Below, one piece after another: positions 1-10,172 of a DNA stretch of 64,000 nt. A program made the position numbers and the translations under genes. Positions within the stretch are counted from its first letter, which is position 1. Every line of letters begins with the position of its first letter. The DNA is taken from the NCBI GenBank assembly GCA_963770935.1, contig CAVYRJ010000007.1, positions 69,105-133,104 on the forward strand, given 5' to 3'. This stretch comes from Candidatus Bathyarchaeota archaeon. Lineage in GTDB: Archaea > Thermoproteota > Bathyarchaeia > Bathyarchaeales > Bathycorpusculaceae. The notes beneath the pieces are model-generated. The model had not been told where the DNA came from and made no database searches. It saw only the letters and a list, made by a program, of their open reading frames with translations.

Positions 1-102
1 GCAAAGAAGCAGACGATTTACCGTTTCTGAAGAAATGGAAGGAAAAAGCGCCCCAGAAAATTGTTTCTGAAGGCAAACCCTTTAACTTAAAATAAGTTTT
101 TT

Positions 103-1053
103 TTATCTTTTTATTTGTATTGCCCTGTTTTTTGCTGAGGACTGTAATGCAGCGGTTGCGACTTCTAGAGCTCTCACTCCGTCTTCGCCTGTAACGAGAG
201 GCTTCTTTTTGTCCACTATGCAGTCGACGAAGTGTTGGAGTTCCTGTTTTAATGGTTCTTGGAACTGGTTTCTAGGCTGAACGGTTTCTTTTTGTTGCTC
301 AATCCATAAATCCTGTGTAATATAGTCGAGTCGCATTATAGCGTCGCTTCCTGTGACGGTTAGGGAGCGGGTCTTGTAGGGTGTTAGCCAGTTGGATTCA
401 ATGAATGCGCTTTTGCCGTCTTTGTAGGTTAGCATTATGTGGGCGTAGTCTTCAAATTTTTGGATTCTCATTTTGCCCATCTTTGCGTAAACAGAGATTG
501 GATCCTCATTGGAAATGAAGCGCATAACGTCAATATCATGAATGGCGGTGTCCTTGACGACTCCGACATCGCCGATTCGCTCGGGCCATTGAGAGACACG
601 TTTAGCTGTGGCACATACTAGTTCTCCAATTTTTTTGTTCTCAACTGACTGGCGAATAATTTGCAAACCAGGTATGAACCGCATGAGGAAGCCAACGGTA
701 AGGTGGAGACCGTTTTCTTGTGCTGTTTTCACCAGTTTCTGGGCTTGCTGGGTGTTAGTTGCCATTGGTTTTTCTACTAAAACGTGTTTTCCTGCATTAA
801 GCGCTTTGATTGCTTCTTTAGCCAGAATCGTAGACCACGTGCAAACATTTACCGCTTCAATAGATTTGTCTTTTAACATTTGTGCGCTGTCAGAGTAGGC
901 TTTTACGCCGTATTGTGCAGCCATGGCTTTGGCTCTTTCCGGATTTACATCACAAACTGCGATAAGTTCAGTTGAAGTAAGTTCCTTGTATACTCGCGCG
1001 TGGTTTTTTCCCCATTGCCCAGTTCCGATTACTGCGACCCCAAGTTTCTTCAT
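103..1053 (-). CDS. Gfo/Idh/MocA family oxidoreductase (nucleotide-sugar 3-dehydrogenase-like)
   Basis: N-terminal Rossmann VIGTGQWG, family motif HVLVEKPMA and DTAIHDID; overlaps the stop of the upstream nucleotide-sugar dehydrogenase-like gene. Confidence 0.9.
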   Translation of the reverse strand: MKKLGVAVIGTGQWGKNHARVYKELTSTELIAVCDVNPERAKAMAAQYGVKAYSDSAQMLKDKSIEAVNVCTWSTILAKEAIKALNAGKHVLVEKPMATNTQQAQKLVKTAQENGLHLTVGFLMRFIPGLQIIRQSVENKKIGELVCATAKRVSQWPERIGDVGVVKDTAIHDIDVMRFISNEDPISVYAKMGKMRIQKFEDYAHIMLTYKDGKSAFIESNWLTPYKTRSLTVTGSDAIMRLDYITQDLWIEQQKETVQPRNQFQEPLKQELQHFVDCIVDKKKPLVTGEDGVRALEVATAALQSSAKNRAIQIKR

Positions 1054-2378
1054 TTCTTATCAGTTCCTCTTCCTAAGCCAAGATATATGAAGCCTTCTGC
1101 TTCAACTTTTTGGGGTTCAAAAATACCTATTAAATCAACGATAACCGCTGGTGCTTTCATTAGGGCTTTTAGTTTTTTCAGGTTTAATTTTTTAAACTCC
1201 TCCTGCCCCGTCAGAATTACAATGCAGTCTGTACCTTCCACCGCCTCATTTAAACTGGTCTTTACAACACGCCAATCTTGAGGACCCATCTTTGAAACGG
1301 GGTCGTAAAGGTTGGGTTTAGCGCCTTTTTGTTCAATCATCTTAACGAAAACGCCAGTAGCCGTCGTTGGGTTAGCGGTGCCTAAAACTGCGATTTTTGC
1401 TCTGCGCAAAGGTTTGCCACCGCTTCTTAGAGCATCTTGTGTTAAATTAACCGCGTGTTTAACCATGTTCTCGTTAATCTGCCTAGCCAACGTTGGAAGC
1501 CTAAGCTTAGCATTCAAGTTCTCCGCGCTATCCAGCAGCAAATACGCTTCGTTTCGGTGTTCTTCTTCAACGATTGTCGGCCAAAAGCTCGGATCGTTGA
1601 GGTCAAGGAATTTTAAAACTTTGAAGTAGTCGGTGTTTGCGTTTTCGCAGAAAACCGACAGCTCGTTAGCTAATGCCCTGTTTGCATCTTGCTTTGCCAC
1701 TGTGAAGAGCGTGGCTGTCTCTGCCGTTTTTATGTCGTTGATTTCCTTTACTTTTTTTGTAATAGTTTTGAGGATAATTGAAGCTGCGTTTAAGCTTGCT
1801 GGGTCGGCGGCTGCAACCTTCAACTCCAAGTCTGCAATCGCGGCCTTTAAGGTAAGGAGGGGGTTGTAGGCTAAACCAAAATCTTTCCCTACCTTGAGGC
1901 CCGACGTATTCTCCAATGTTTCTTTTACAGCGCCGTCAATGAAACCGATGCCTGCAATACCGCCATAAATAACCAACATGCCCTGATGGAGTGCTGCTCC
2001 GACTTGTTTACAAGCACTTACTATTTGTGAGTAATCTGTTTTTTTCTGTTCGTCCACTTTTGCTCCAATAGCTATTACGATGACGTCGCTTTGGGAAACA
2101 GCTTCTTTTCGGTCGTTGCTGACGCCTATTTGTCCCGAGTTGATGTGGTTTTTGAGGTTCGCTTCATCTCGCAGTTGCGAGTTTGGAGTTTTTCCCTTAG
2201 CCACCTTTTTCATAACCGTCGGGTCAGCGTCCGTGCAGATAACACTAAAGCCGACTTCAGCAAAAGCATTCGCGTAGCTGATTCCTTTTTGTCCACATCC
2301 GATAACGCTCACAGTATATTTTGAGCGCTTCTCCTTGGTGTCTACCTCTTCAGGTTTCAGGTTTAGGACTGGGGGCAT
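1050..2378 (-). CDS. UDP-glucose/GDP-mannose dehydrogenase family protein, catalytic motifs degenerate
   Basis: GCGQKG Rossmann motif and three-domain layout (SDVIVIAI, ANELS, AVEGTDCIVILT); the usual K..EN and GGHC motifs are absent. Confidence 0.8.
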   Translation of the reverse strand: MPPVLNLKPEEVDTKEKRSKYTVSVIGCGQKGISYANAFAEVGFSVICTDADPTVMKKVAKGKTPNSQLRDEANLKNHINSGQIGVSNDRKEAVSQSDVIVIAIGAKVDEQKKTDYSQIVSACKQVGAALHQGMLVIYGGIAGIGFIDGAVKETLENTSGLKVGKDFGLAYNPLLTLKAAIADLELKVAAADPASLNAASIILKTITKKVKEINDIKTAETATLFTVAKQDANRALANELSVFCENANTDYFKVLKFLDLNDPSFWPTIVEEEHRNEAYLLLDSAENLNAKLRLPTLARQINENMVKHAVNLTQDALRSGGKPLRRAKIAVLGTANPTTATGVFVKMIEQKGAKPNLYDPVSKMGPQDWRVVKTSLNEAVEGTDCIVILTGQEEFKKLNLKKLKALMKAPAVIVDLIGIFEPQKVEAEGFIYLGLGRGTDKK

Positions 2379-2415
2379 CAGCTATTTCTCCAAAGTAAAA
2401 GTTTTTTTTGGCTTA

Positions 2416-3786
2416 CTACATAGTTTCTAAGATTTGTTTAAGCCTTGAACTGTAGTCTTCCACTAGCTTTAATGCTTTTTCTTGGTTTTTCGCCTCAGCA
2501 TACAATCGGAAAACTGGTTCTGTGCCGCTTGGCCGAATGAGAATAGCGCTGGCGTCGCTAAACCAAATTTTGACTCCGTCTATAGTGCTGACGTTTTCGC
2601 CCTTAACTTGTTCTGAGAGCTTTTGTAGGAGAGGTATCTTTTTGTCGTCTGCGCATTCTATTTTTCCTTTTTCAATAAAATACTGCGGTTGTTCAGCGAC
2701 AAGTTCGGCAAGTGTTTTTCCTGTTTGCGCCATAGTGTTTAGCAGCAGTACAGTTGTCATTGCTCCGTCGCGGACCGCTTGGTGTGGACCGTAGAACACT
2801 CCGCCGTTCTCTTCCCCACCAAGACTGGCGTTCTGTTCCTTCATTTTTTGGGAGACAGTTACGCTTCCAACCTTTGTCCAAATTAAGTCGCCCTTGTATG
2901 CTTCAACAGTGTCTTTGATTAAGGTGGAAGAACTGACCGGAGTTATTATTTTAGCGCCCGGATTCTTGAGCAGGTACTGTTTTATGATTATAGCGAAGGT
3001 TTTGTCTCCCCAATAAATCTCGCCGTTGCCGCCAACAAAGATTGAGCGGTCAGCGTCACCGTCAAATGCTACCCCCATGTCGGCTTTGATTGCTTTTACA
3101 GTTGAAGCCAAATCACCCAAACTTTCGGGACGTGGCTCAGGCAATCTTCCAGGGAAGGTACCGTCGATGTTGGCGTTTATGCTAGTGATTTTGCAGCCGA
3201 GTTCCCTCAATAGCGAGGGCGCAGTTAATCCACCTACGCTGTTTGCGGCATCCACAACCACATGGAAATGAGCGTTTGCAATTTTTGTTTTGTCAACTTG
3301 TTTCTTGATAGCTTGAATGTATTCATCGTTAATTCCAAGCAACTCTCGCTTTGTTCCAAGTTTGTCCCAGGGGGCAAAAACGATTTTATTGTCAAAGTAA
3401 ATGTTCTCTATTTCAACCTCTTGCTCATGTGAGGTTTCGATGCCGTCACCCCAAATAACCTTAATACCGTTGTATTCTGGGGGGTTGTGGGAAGCCGTGA
3501 TGATAACTCCGCCATCCATCTTGTGGTTCTTAACAGCGAACTGCAGGGAAGGTGTTGGTGCCATTCCAGCGAAGAAAACATTGCATCCAGTGGCTGTCAA
3601 TCCAGCAATCACTGCTTTAGCAAACATCGGACCGCTGGTTCTAGCGTCATATCCTAAAAGTAAGTTTTTTTCTTTTCCGAAAAAAGTTCCGATTGAAGTT
3701 CCAATTTTTATGGCCATTTCAGGCGTCAATTCTACGTTGACAAGGCCACGGATTCCGTTTGTTCCAAAAAGCTTTCTTGTACTCAT
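2416..3786 (-). CDS. glmM: Phosphoglucosamine mutase / phosphohexomutase
   Basis: FGTNGIRG, ITASHNP phosphoserine loop, FDGDADR metal loop, GGEENGG, IRPSGTEP. Confidence 0.88.
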   Translation of the reverse strand: MSTRKLFGTNGIRGLVNVELTPEMAIKIGTSIGTFFGKEKNLLLGYDARTSGPMFAKAVIAGLTATGCNVFFAGMAPTPSLQFAVKNHKMDGGVIITASHNPPEYNGIKVIWGDGIETSHEQEVEIENIYFDNKIVFAPWDKLGTKRELLGINDEYIQAIKKQVDKTKIANAHFHVVVDAANSVGGLTAPSLLRELGCKITSINANIDGTFPGRLPEPRPESLGDLASTVKAIKADMGVAFDGDADRSIFVGGNGEIYWGDKTFAIIIKQYLLKNPGAKIITPVSSSTLIKDTVEAYKGDLIWTKVGSVTVSQKMKEQNASLGGEENGGVFYGPHQAVRDGAMTTVLLLNTMAQTGKTLAELVAEQPQYFIEKGKIECADDKKIPLLQKLSEQVKGENVSTIDGVKIWFSDASAILIRPSGTEPVFRLYAEAKNQEKALKLVEDYSSRLKQILETM

Positions 3787-3828
3787 GTAAGTTCAACTCA
3801 GTACTTACTTAACAAACAAGTCTAGGTT

Positions 3829-4902
3829 TTAAAATGTTTCAGTGACTTCTTTGGCTGGACAAATTACTGAACCATCATGCATGTGAACGCTGTCTTTAAC
3901 TCTGGCAAGGTCGCCAATTACACAGCCCTTGGGAAGTTTGACGCCTTTGCCTATTTTTGCTCCTTCTCCAACGATTGCTCCGTTGAGGATGGCACCGTCG
4001 GCTATTTGAGCTTCTGCAAAGATTACTGAATTGGCAATTTGTGCGTTTGTGCCCACTTTGACGTTTTTGCCCAAGATTGCATATGGGCCTATGACTGATT
4101 TTTCCCCAATTGAGACGCCTTCATCCAAAGCAATGGGGTTCTTTAACTCGAAGGATGCTGGATTTTTTTGTTCAACTTTTTTTGAGATGGCGTCGAGAAC
4201 TATTTTGTTTGCTTCTAAGTACTCTTGTGGCTTGCCAATATCTATCCATAAGCCATTGATGCAGTGGCCGCACAACTTGCCTTCCTCTGCCAACTTGGGA
4301 AAAACTTCTCGTTCCAAAGAAACTGCTCTACCCCCCGGAATATACTCGAAGATTTCTGGACTGAGAACGTAGGCTCCTGCGTTTATTAGGTTGCTTGGTG
4401 CATGCCCTCTGGCTGGTTTCTCAACGAACCGCCTGATTGTGCTGTCGTGTAGGTCTGCAACGCCAAAACTGCACGGATCCTCGACTTTGCAGAGCGCAAT
4501 TGTAGCTAACGCGCCCGTTTTTCTATGGGTCTCAAGCAGTTCTCGATAGTTAATGTCAGCATATATGTCGCCGTTTAGCATGATAAAAGGTTCGTCATGC
4601 CCGATTAGTTTCTCAGCTTTCTTTAGTGGACCACCTGTTCCCAGCGGCATCTTGGGCGGGTCAACGGAAAATCGGACTTTCAGACCACATTTTAACGGTT
4701 TATGTTGACGAATATAGAAACGGGTAAGTGCGTTGACGGCGAGGATGGCTTCGTTTACACCGTTGTTGACTAAACGTTCAAAAGTCCACTGAAGAAGAGG
4801 CTTGTTTACTATAGGAAAAAGAGTTTTCGGCCTAGAACAACTCAGCGGTCGAAGTCTTGTGGCAAAGCCACCCGCTAAAATCAATGCTTTCAGAGATGTC
4901 AC
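3829..4902 (-). CDS. NDP-sugar synthase (mannose-1-phosphate guanylyltransferase-like) with C-terminal hexapeptide repeats
   Basis: ILAGGFATRLRPL, PLGTGG, LNGDI, INAGAY, WIDIGKP; left-handed beta-helix tail. Confidence 0.9.
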   Translation of the reverse strand: MTSLKALILAGGFATRLRPLSCSRPKTLFPIVNKPLLQWTFERLVNNGVNEAILAVNALTRFYIRQHKPLKCGLKVRFSVDPPKMPLGTGGPLKKAEKLIGHDEPFIMLNGDIYADINYRELLETHRKTGALATIALCKVEDPCSFGVADLHDSTIRRFVEKPARGHAPSNLINAGAYVLSPEIFEYIPGGRAVSLEREVFPKLAEEGKLCGHCINGLWIDIGKPQEYLEANKIVLDAISKKVEQKNPASFELKNPIALDEGVSIGEKSVIGPYAILGKNVKVGTNAQIANSVIFAEAQIADGAILNGAIVGEGAKIGKGVKLPKGCVIGDLARVKDSVHMHDGSVICPAKEVTETF

Positions 4903-4983
4903 CTTGGTGTATGTAGTACAGTAATGATGCTGTTTTTATTTAAACGGTTATGGCGCTTAAATCTGAATTGAGGGTATCCAAAT

Positions 4984-6534
4984 TTATTCCCACTCGATTG
5001 TTGCTGGTGGCTTATGAGTAATGTCATAGACAACGCGGGTAACCTGTGGAATCTCGTTTGTTATTCGGGTAGAAATCTTCTCCAAGATGTGGTAGGGAAT
5101 CTTGGCAAAACTTGCTGTCATGGCTTCACGGCTCTCCATTGCTCGCACAGCAACAACGTAGCCGTACGCGCGTGCATCACCCTTAACGCCAGTAGCTTTC
5201 GTGTCTGTAACCACCGCAAAGTACTGCCATAGGTTCTCCATTAGATCATTCTTCTCGATTTCTTCTCGGACAATTTTGTCGGCTTTTTTTGCAATAACGA
5301 CTTTTTCGTCGGTTAACGGTCCGATTATCCGTACAGCTAAGCCTGGTCCTGGGAAGGGTTGGCGGTTGACTATTTCTTTGGGTAAATCCAGCATTCTTGC
5401 GACTTTGCGGACTTCGTCTTTGTATAGGTCTCGGAGAGGCTCGAGGATTTTCTTAAACTTTATCTTATCCGGCAACCCGGCAACGTTGTGGTGCGATTTT
5501 ATTTTGTCAGAGTTTTTTCTGAATCCTGATTCAATCCTGTCTGGGTAGATGGTGCCTTGGATCAGGTATATGGCGTCTGACTCATTGGCGATTTCTTCAA
5601 AAACCCTGATGAACTCCTCGCCCATAATTTTTCGTTTAGTTTCGGGCTCGGTGATTCCTCTCAATTTAGCCATGAACCTTTCTTGGGCGTTGGCAACGAA
5701 AAATCGGATTGGAAATTTTTGGAAGGCTTCGCGAATTTGTTCTGTTTCGCCTTCCCGCATGAAACCATGGTCAACATAAACCGCAGTTAATTTTTCGCCG
5801 AGAGCTTTAGCTGCCAATGCCGTAGCGACGCTGGAGTCTATCCCTCCGCTTAACCCAATAATGGCTCTGGCGCCATGGGTTTCGGTTTGGAGTTCTTTTA
5901 TCATTTTTCCTATGAGGTCTTCCATCTGCCAGTTAGCTTTGCATTTGCAGACTTGGAAGATAAAGTTTTGAAGCATGCGCATGCCCTTTTCGGTATGTAT
6001 GACTTCAGGGTGCCATTGGAGTCCGTAGATTGGTTTGGTTTTGTGCCTAAACGCTGCAACGGGGCAGTTTTCTGTGTGAGCTAACGATTCGAATCCTGGA
6101 GGCGGAGAGAAAACTGTGTCGCCATGGCTCATCCAAACCTTCTCACTCTCACTTAACCCTTCCAATACGCCCACTGGCTTGTCTATTGAGACTTGGGCAA
6201 TGCCATATTCTTTGCAGGTTGCCGGTTCAACTTTGCTGCCGGTTAGTTGAGCTAAAAGCTGATGCCCATAGCACAAACCAAGAATTGGTAAGTCCACTTC
6301 TAAGATGCGTGGATGAAGTTTAGGAGCGTTTGGTTCATATACGCTTGAGGGTCCGCCTGAAAAAATCATGCCTTTGACGTTAAACTTTTCATTTAGAGCC
6401 GCTACTTCTTCGGGTGAGATGTCGTGGGGAACTATTTCTGAGTAGACACCATGTTCCCTGATTCTTCTGCCGATGAGGTGGCAGTATTGCCCGCCGAAGT
6501 CCAAGACGAGTATCGTGTCGTATTTTGCTTGCAT
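4984..6534 (-). CDS. guaA: GMP synthase (glutamine-hydrolysing), fused GATase and synthetase
   Basis: LDFGGQY, GLCYGHQ, QWHPEV, SGGIDSS, RQPFPGPGL, KPPATIEWE. Confidence 0.97.
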   Translation of the reverse strand: MQAKYDTILVLDFGGQYCHLIGRRIREHGVYSEIVPHDISPEEVAALNEKFNVKGMIFSGGPSSVYEPNAPKLHPRILEVDLPILGLCYGHQLLAQLTGSKVEPATCKEYGIAQVSIDKPVGVLEGLSESEKVWMSHGDTVFSPPPGFESLAHTENCPVAAFRHKTKPIYGLQWHPEVIHTEKGMRMLQNFIFQVCKCKANWQMEDLIGKMIKELQTETHGARAIIGLSGGIDSSVATALAAKALGEKLTAVYVDHGFMREGETEQIREAFQKFPIRFFVANAQERFMAKLRGITEPETKRKIMGEEFIRVFEEIANESDAIYLIQGTIYPDRIESGFRKNSDKIKSHHNVAGLPDKIKFKKILEPLRDLYKDEVRKVARMLDLPKEIVNRQPFPGPGLAVRIIGPLTDEKVVIAKKADKIVREEIEKNDLMENLWQYFAVVTDTKATGVKGDARAYGYVVAVRAMESREAMTASFAKIPYHILEKISTRITNEIPQVTRVVYDITHKPPATIEWE

Positions 6535-6730
6535 TATAGTGGCTCAGAACTTATTGGGGTTTAGGCTCTAATTTAACATTACTATCTATTTTCTGTTAAA
6601 AATCAGGCGTTACTGTACCCCTGGATTGTTGATTTATGATTCATTGTTCGGGGAAAAACTAAACTTTTATTAACTTAATCATCTGAATATCAGAAGGATG
6701 TTCCAAAAAAGCCAGTTCGGCTGAAAGAAC

Positions 6731-7192
6731 GTGCAGGGTAGGATGGTTATAGAATTGAATGAAACTGACGTAAAAATTCTAAAAGGTCTCCTAGAGGATG
6801 CAAGGTTCTCGAGCAGACAAATCGCCAAGAATGTTGGCGTTTCAGTCGGCACAGTCTTGTCTAGAATTAAAAAGATGGAAGAAGACGGTTTAATCAAAGG
6901 GTACTCAGTTATCTTGGACCATGAAAAACTCGGTTTTCAATTGACTGTAGTGACTGAAATCACAGTCTCCAAAGGCAGACTTGTTGAAACAGAAAACGAA
7001 ATAGCCAAAATCCCCAATGTCTGCGGAGTCTACGACGTTACAGGCTTAACCGATGCCATCATCGTTGCCAAATTCAAGAGTCGCGAAGACTTAGGCGGAT
7101 TCACCAAAAAACTACTCTCGTTGCCGTACATAGAACGCACAAACACTCACGTAGTGTTAACGACAGTGAAAGAAAACTTCCGGTTACTCTAA
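6731..7192 (+). CDS. Lrp/AsnC family transcriptional regulator
   Basis: N-terminal HTH (DARFSSRQIAKNVGVSVGTVLSRIKKMEEDGLI) and C-terminal RAM domain (VYDVTGLTDAI); start may be the ATG at 6743. Confidence 0.92.
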   Translation: MQGRMVIELNETDVKILKGLLEDARFSSRQIAKNVGVSVGTVLSRIKKMEEDGLIKGYSVILDHEKLGFQLTVVTEITVSKGRLVETENEIAKIPNVCGVYDVTGLTDAIIVAKFKSREDLGGFTKKLLSLPYIERTNTHVVLTTVKENFRLL

Positions 7193-7210
7193 AAGGAATA
7201 AGCCGAAAAC

Positions 7211-8272
7211 TTAGGGATTAGCTTTTTCAGAGTGATTTTCCATCTTGTACTTTAGTTCTGGCGCGGCGATGGTGATTTTTGTTCCTGCCGCCACAGGACT
7301 GGTTATCCATACGTTTCCACCTATAACTACGTTGTCGCCTACTATGGCTTCTGCTCCCAGAAGTGTTGCGCCTGAATAGATGACTACATTGTTGCCGATG
7401 GTTGGGTGGCGTTTTCTGCCTTTTATTATGTTTCCTTTCTCGTCTTTTGGAAAGCTTAGCGCGCCCAAGGTTACGCCTTGGTAGAGTTTAACGTTGTCTC
7501 CGATTTCCGCTGTTTCGCCGATGACTACACCTGTGCCGTGGTCTATGAAGAAGCTTTTGCCGATTTTTGCGCCTGGATGAATGTCTATTCCTGTTAGGGA
7601 GTGCATGTGCTCGCTCATTATCCTTGAAATCAGTGGCACACCATTCAAGTAGAGCTCATGCGCTATCCTGTACGTAGAAATTGCGAGAACACATGGATAA
7701 CTTAGGATAACTTCTTCTGAGCTTACTGCTGCTGGGTCACCGATATATGCTGCTTCAATATCTCCGCTAAGCATGGAGCGGATTTCGGGCAGTTTTTCAA
7801 GAAGTTCCTTAACTACGACATGGGCGCGTTTTTGGCACACGTCCTGTGGGCACTCGCTGATTTTTCTGCATATGTACTTGAGGCTTTTCTCAACCTCTCC
7901 CGTTAGTCGCGTATAAACCGAAGTGAGTTTTGTGCCGAGATAGTATTTTACGTTGGCTTTGGTGATTTCTGAATCGCCTAAGTAACCTGGGAAGAGAATC
8001 GTGAATAAATCTTCTAAGACTTCAATAACTACTTTTTTAGCTGGCAGGTCTTTGCCTTCAAGATGATCCATGCCGCCGAACTTTTGGTAGTTGACCATGA
8101 TTTCGTCGACTAGTTTGGGAAGGCCTTTTTCAACCCAATCCTGCTCCACTTTGTCATTGTTTCGCATAAGGGCATCTAGCATTCTGTCTGGGTTCCAGCA
8201 GTCTGCTTCGAATTTTTTTTCTTTGCATTCTTGGCAATCTTTTGGTCGGAACTGGTTGGGTTTTGTGGACAT
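7211..8272 (-). CDS. cysE: Serine O-acetyltransferase
   Basis: GDPAA, YPC..A...[37 protein letters not shown]; directly downstream of cysK. Confidence 0.93.
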   Translation of the reverse strand: MSTKPNQFRPKDCQECKEKKFEADCWNPDRMLDALMRNNDKVEQDWVEKGLPKLVDEIMVNYQKFGGMDHLEGKDLPAKKVVIEVLEDLFTILFPGYLGDSEITKANVKYYLGTKLTSVYTRLTGEVEKSLKYICRKISECPQDVCQKRAHVVVKELLEKLPEIRSMLSGDIEAAYIGDPAAVSSEEVILSYPCVLAISTYRIAHELYLNGVPLISRIMSEHMHSLTGIDIHPGAKIGKSFFIDHGTGVVIGETAEIGDNVKLYQGVTLGALSFPKDEKGNIIKGRKRHPTIGNNVVIYSGATLLGAEAIVGDNVVIGGNVWITSPVAAGTKITIAAPELKYKMENHSEKANP

Positions 8273-8343
8273 TTTCTTTCCCTTTCTCTACTATGTGAAA
8301 AGGGGGAATATAAGAAAAGCGTCTTTTTGACGCAAATTATATG

Positions 8344-9273
8344 TTAAGATTTTAGGTCTTGGAACAAAACCGTGCTTAAGTAGCGTTCTCCTGTATCTGG
8401 TAGGATGACGACTATTAGTTTGCCTTTGTTCTCTTCTCTTTTTGCGATTTCTATGGCGGCGTATGCAGCTGCTCCAGAAGATATCCCGACAAGTAAGCCT
8501 TCCTGTTGAGCAAGTTGTCTTGCCGTTTCCAGTGCCTGGTCGTCAGTTACTTTAAAAATTTCATCAATCAAATCCATCTTTAACACGTCGGGTTTAAAAC
8601 CTGCACCTATACCTTGAATTTTGTGGGGTCCTTTCTTTCCACCGCTTAGCACTGGCGATCCTGCCGGTTCAACCGCCACGGTCTTTAACTCTGGCTTTTG
8701 CGGTTTAATGAACTGCGCGATGCCTGTTATGGTTCCGCCTGTCCCCACGCCCGCAACAAGGATGTCTACTTTGCCATCGGTGTCTTCCCAGATTTCAGGT
8801 CCAGTGGTCTCTTTGTGCACTTTGGGGTTGGCTAGGTTTTTGAATTGTTGAGGCATGAAACTGTTTGGGGTGACTGCGATGAGTTCTTCGGCTTTTTTAA
8901 TTGCTCCACCCATGCCGTCGGGTCCTGGTGTTAGCACAAGCTGTGCTCCGTAGGCTTTGAGGAGGTTGCGGCGTTCCACACTCATTGTTTCAGGCATGGT
9001 TAGGATAAGTTTGTAGCCTTTGACTGCTGCTACCATGGCTAAGCCGATGCCTGTGTTGCCTGAGGTAGGTTCGATCAGAGTTCCGCCGGCCTTTAGGCCT
9101 AGTTTTTCTGCCTCGGCTATCATGCTTTGACATATGCGGTCTTTGACGCTGCCGCCCGGGTTTCTGGCTTCTATTTTGGCGAGTACAGTGGCGTTGGCTC
9201 CTTTAGTTAGTTTGTTTATTTGGACAAGGGGTGTTTTTCCGATTGTTTCAAGGACGTTTTGGTTGATTTTCAT
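8344..9273 (-). CDS. cysK: Cysteine synthase A (PLP-dependent)
   Basis: [16 protein letters not shown] (PLP lysine), [31 protein letters not shown]; ATG at 9273 preferred over TTG at 9282. Confidence 0.96.
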   Translation of the reverse strand: MKINQNVLETIGKTPLVQINKLTKGANATVLAKIEARNPGGSVKDRICQSMIAEAEKLGLKAGGTLIEPTSGNTGIGLAMVAAVKGYKLILTMPETMSVERRNLLKAYGAQLVLTPGPDGMGGAIKKAEELIAVTPNSFMPQQFKNLANPKVHKETTGPEIWEDTDGKVDILVAGVGTGGTITGIAQFIKPQKPELKTVAVEPAGSPVLSGGKKGPHKIQGIGAGFKPDVLKMDLIDEIFKVTDDQALETARQLAQQEGLLVGISSGAAAYAAIEIAKREENKGKLIVVILPDTGERYLSTVLFQDLKS

Positions 9274-9290
9274 TTTTAACACCTAATTAT

Positions 9291-9305
9291 TATAACAGTG
9301 TTATA
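9291..9305. promoter_or_regulatory. Palindrome TATAACA-G-TGTTATA, candidate operator of cysK-cysE
   Basis: Perfect 7-bp inverted repeat between the minus-strand TATA-like box (TTTATAAC, about 9315-9322) and the cysK start. Confidence 0.55.
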
Positions 9306-9328
9306 GAGAGCGTTGTTATAAACTTTAT

Positions 9329-9363
9329 CACTCATTAACACTCGTAAAACACTATAACACACT
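9329..9363. repeat. Helically phased CACT motifs upstream of the cysK promoter
   Basis: CACT at 9329, 9339, 9350 and 9360 (spacing 10, 11, 10). Confidence 0.45.
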
Positions 9364-9439
9364 AAACCTAAAACACTTACGCCAAAACACAAAGTAAAGC
9401 CTTTAAATGAGCCCTGTTCCTATATTTCCGCAACACAAC

Positions 9440-9527
9440 GCGGAGGTCGCCCAGCATGGCCAAAGGCGTAGGACTGAGGCTCCTATCCCGCAGGGGTTCG
9501 TGGGTTCAAATCCCACCCTCCGCACCA
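9440..9527 (+). tRNA. tRNA-Leu(GAG), CCA encoded
   Basis: Acceptor stem GCGGAGG/CCTCCGC, anticodon arm TAGGA-CTGAGGC-TCCTA, long variable arm, T arm GTGGG-TTCAAAT-CCCAC, ending ACCA. Confidence 0.97.
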
Positions 9528-9595
9528 AAATTCAAGTTTTCCGAATACACAAAAGTAAAATAACTGTTTATAGCAATTGACAATCGGCGACTCGT

Positions 9596-9968
9596 ATGCC
9601 TATTTCAGTTAGGTGCCAATTTACTCAACGTTTTACAGTTTCTGCCCAAGAAGCATTCGACTGGTGTACAAACTCCGTGGAATTGCAGGGAGAATTGAGA
9701 AGCAAAAGTTAGTTCACATCTACCCGGACCACTACAAATGGACATCAACGCATTTAACGGGTCCAATTAAGCCTCCCAATTCCTTTATCAGATAACACCA
9801 CAGGGCAAAGATGCTACAGTTTTAACCTTTGAAGCGCTTCACATAAATTACGATGGAAAAGCTGATGCTAAACTATTTGCTGAGCGATTATGCAAAGAAG
9901 ATGCTCATGCATGGAAACTTTTGGCAGTCGCGATGGTTGAAGACAAGAACAGACGTCAGAAGTCTTAG
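9596..9968 (+). pseudogene. Fragmented gene, possibly SRPBCC/helix-grip fold
   Basis: Three protein-like fragments in successive frames: MPISVRCQFTQRFTVSAQEAFDWCT, GRIEKQKLVHIYPDHYKWTSTHLTGP and SQFLYQITPQGKDATVLTFEALHI...EDAHAWKLLAVAM; fold assignment is inference. Confidence 0.55.
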
Positions 9969-10172
9969 ACCTTTGATTTCCACAAAATAGTTCTTTGTCC
10001 AAGAACTCTTTTTTAAATCATTTGCCTTCATATAAAACGGTTGGATTCTCCGGGCATGATTGATATTTTTGCGGTCAATTGGTTTTTCCATCAATATAAC
10101 GATTTTCTTAAGTAACGCATAAAAGCCAATGATACACAGTGATAATTTAACACCAAGAAAGGTTTGGTAACA

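Noticed and set aside
9440-9527. tRNA-Leu, and tRNA-Gly at 63227, as integration sites
   Set aside because: I found no duplicate of either tRNA 3' end and no integrase in the window.
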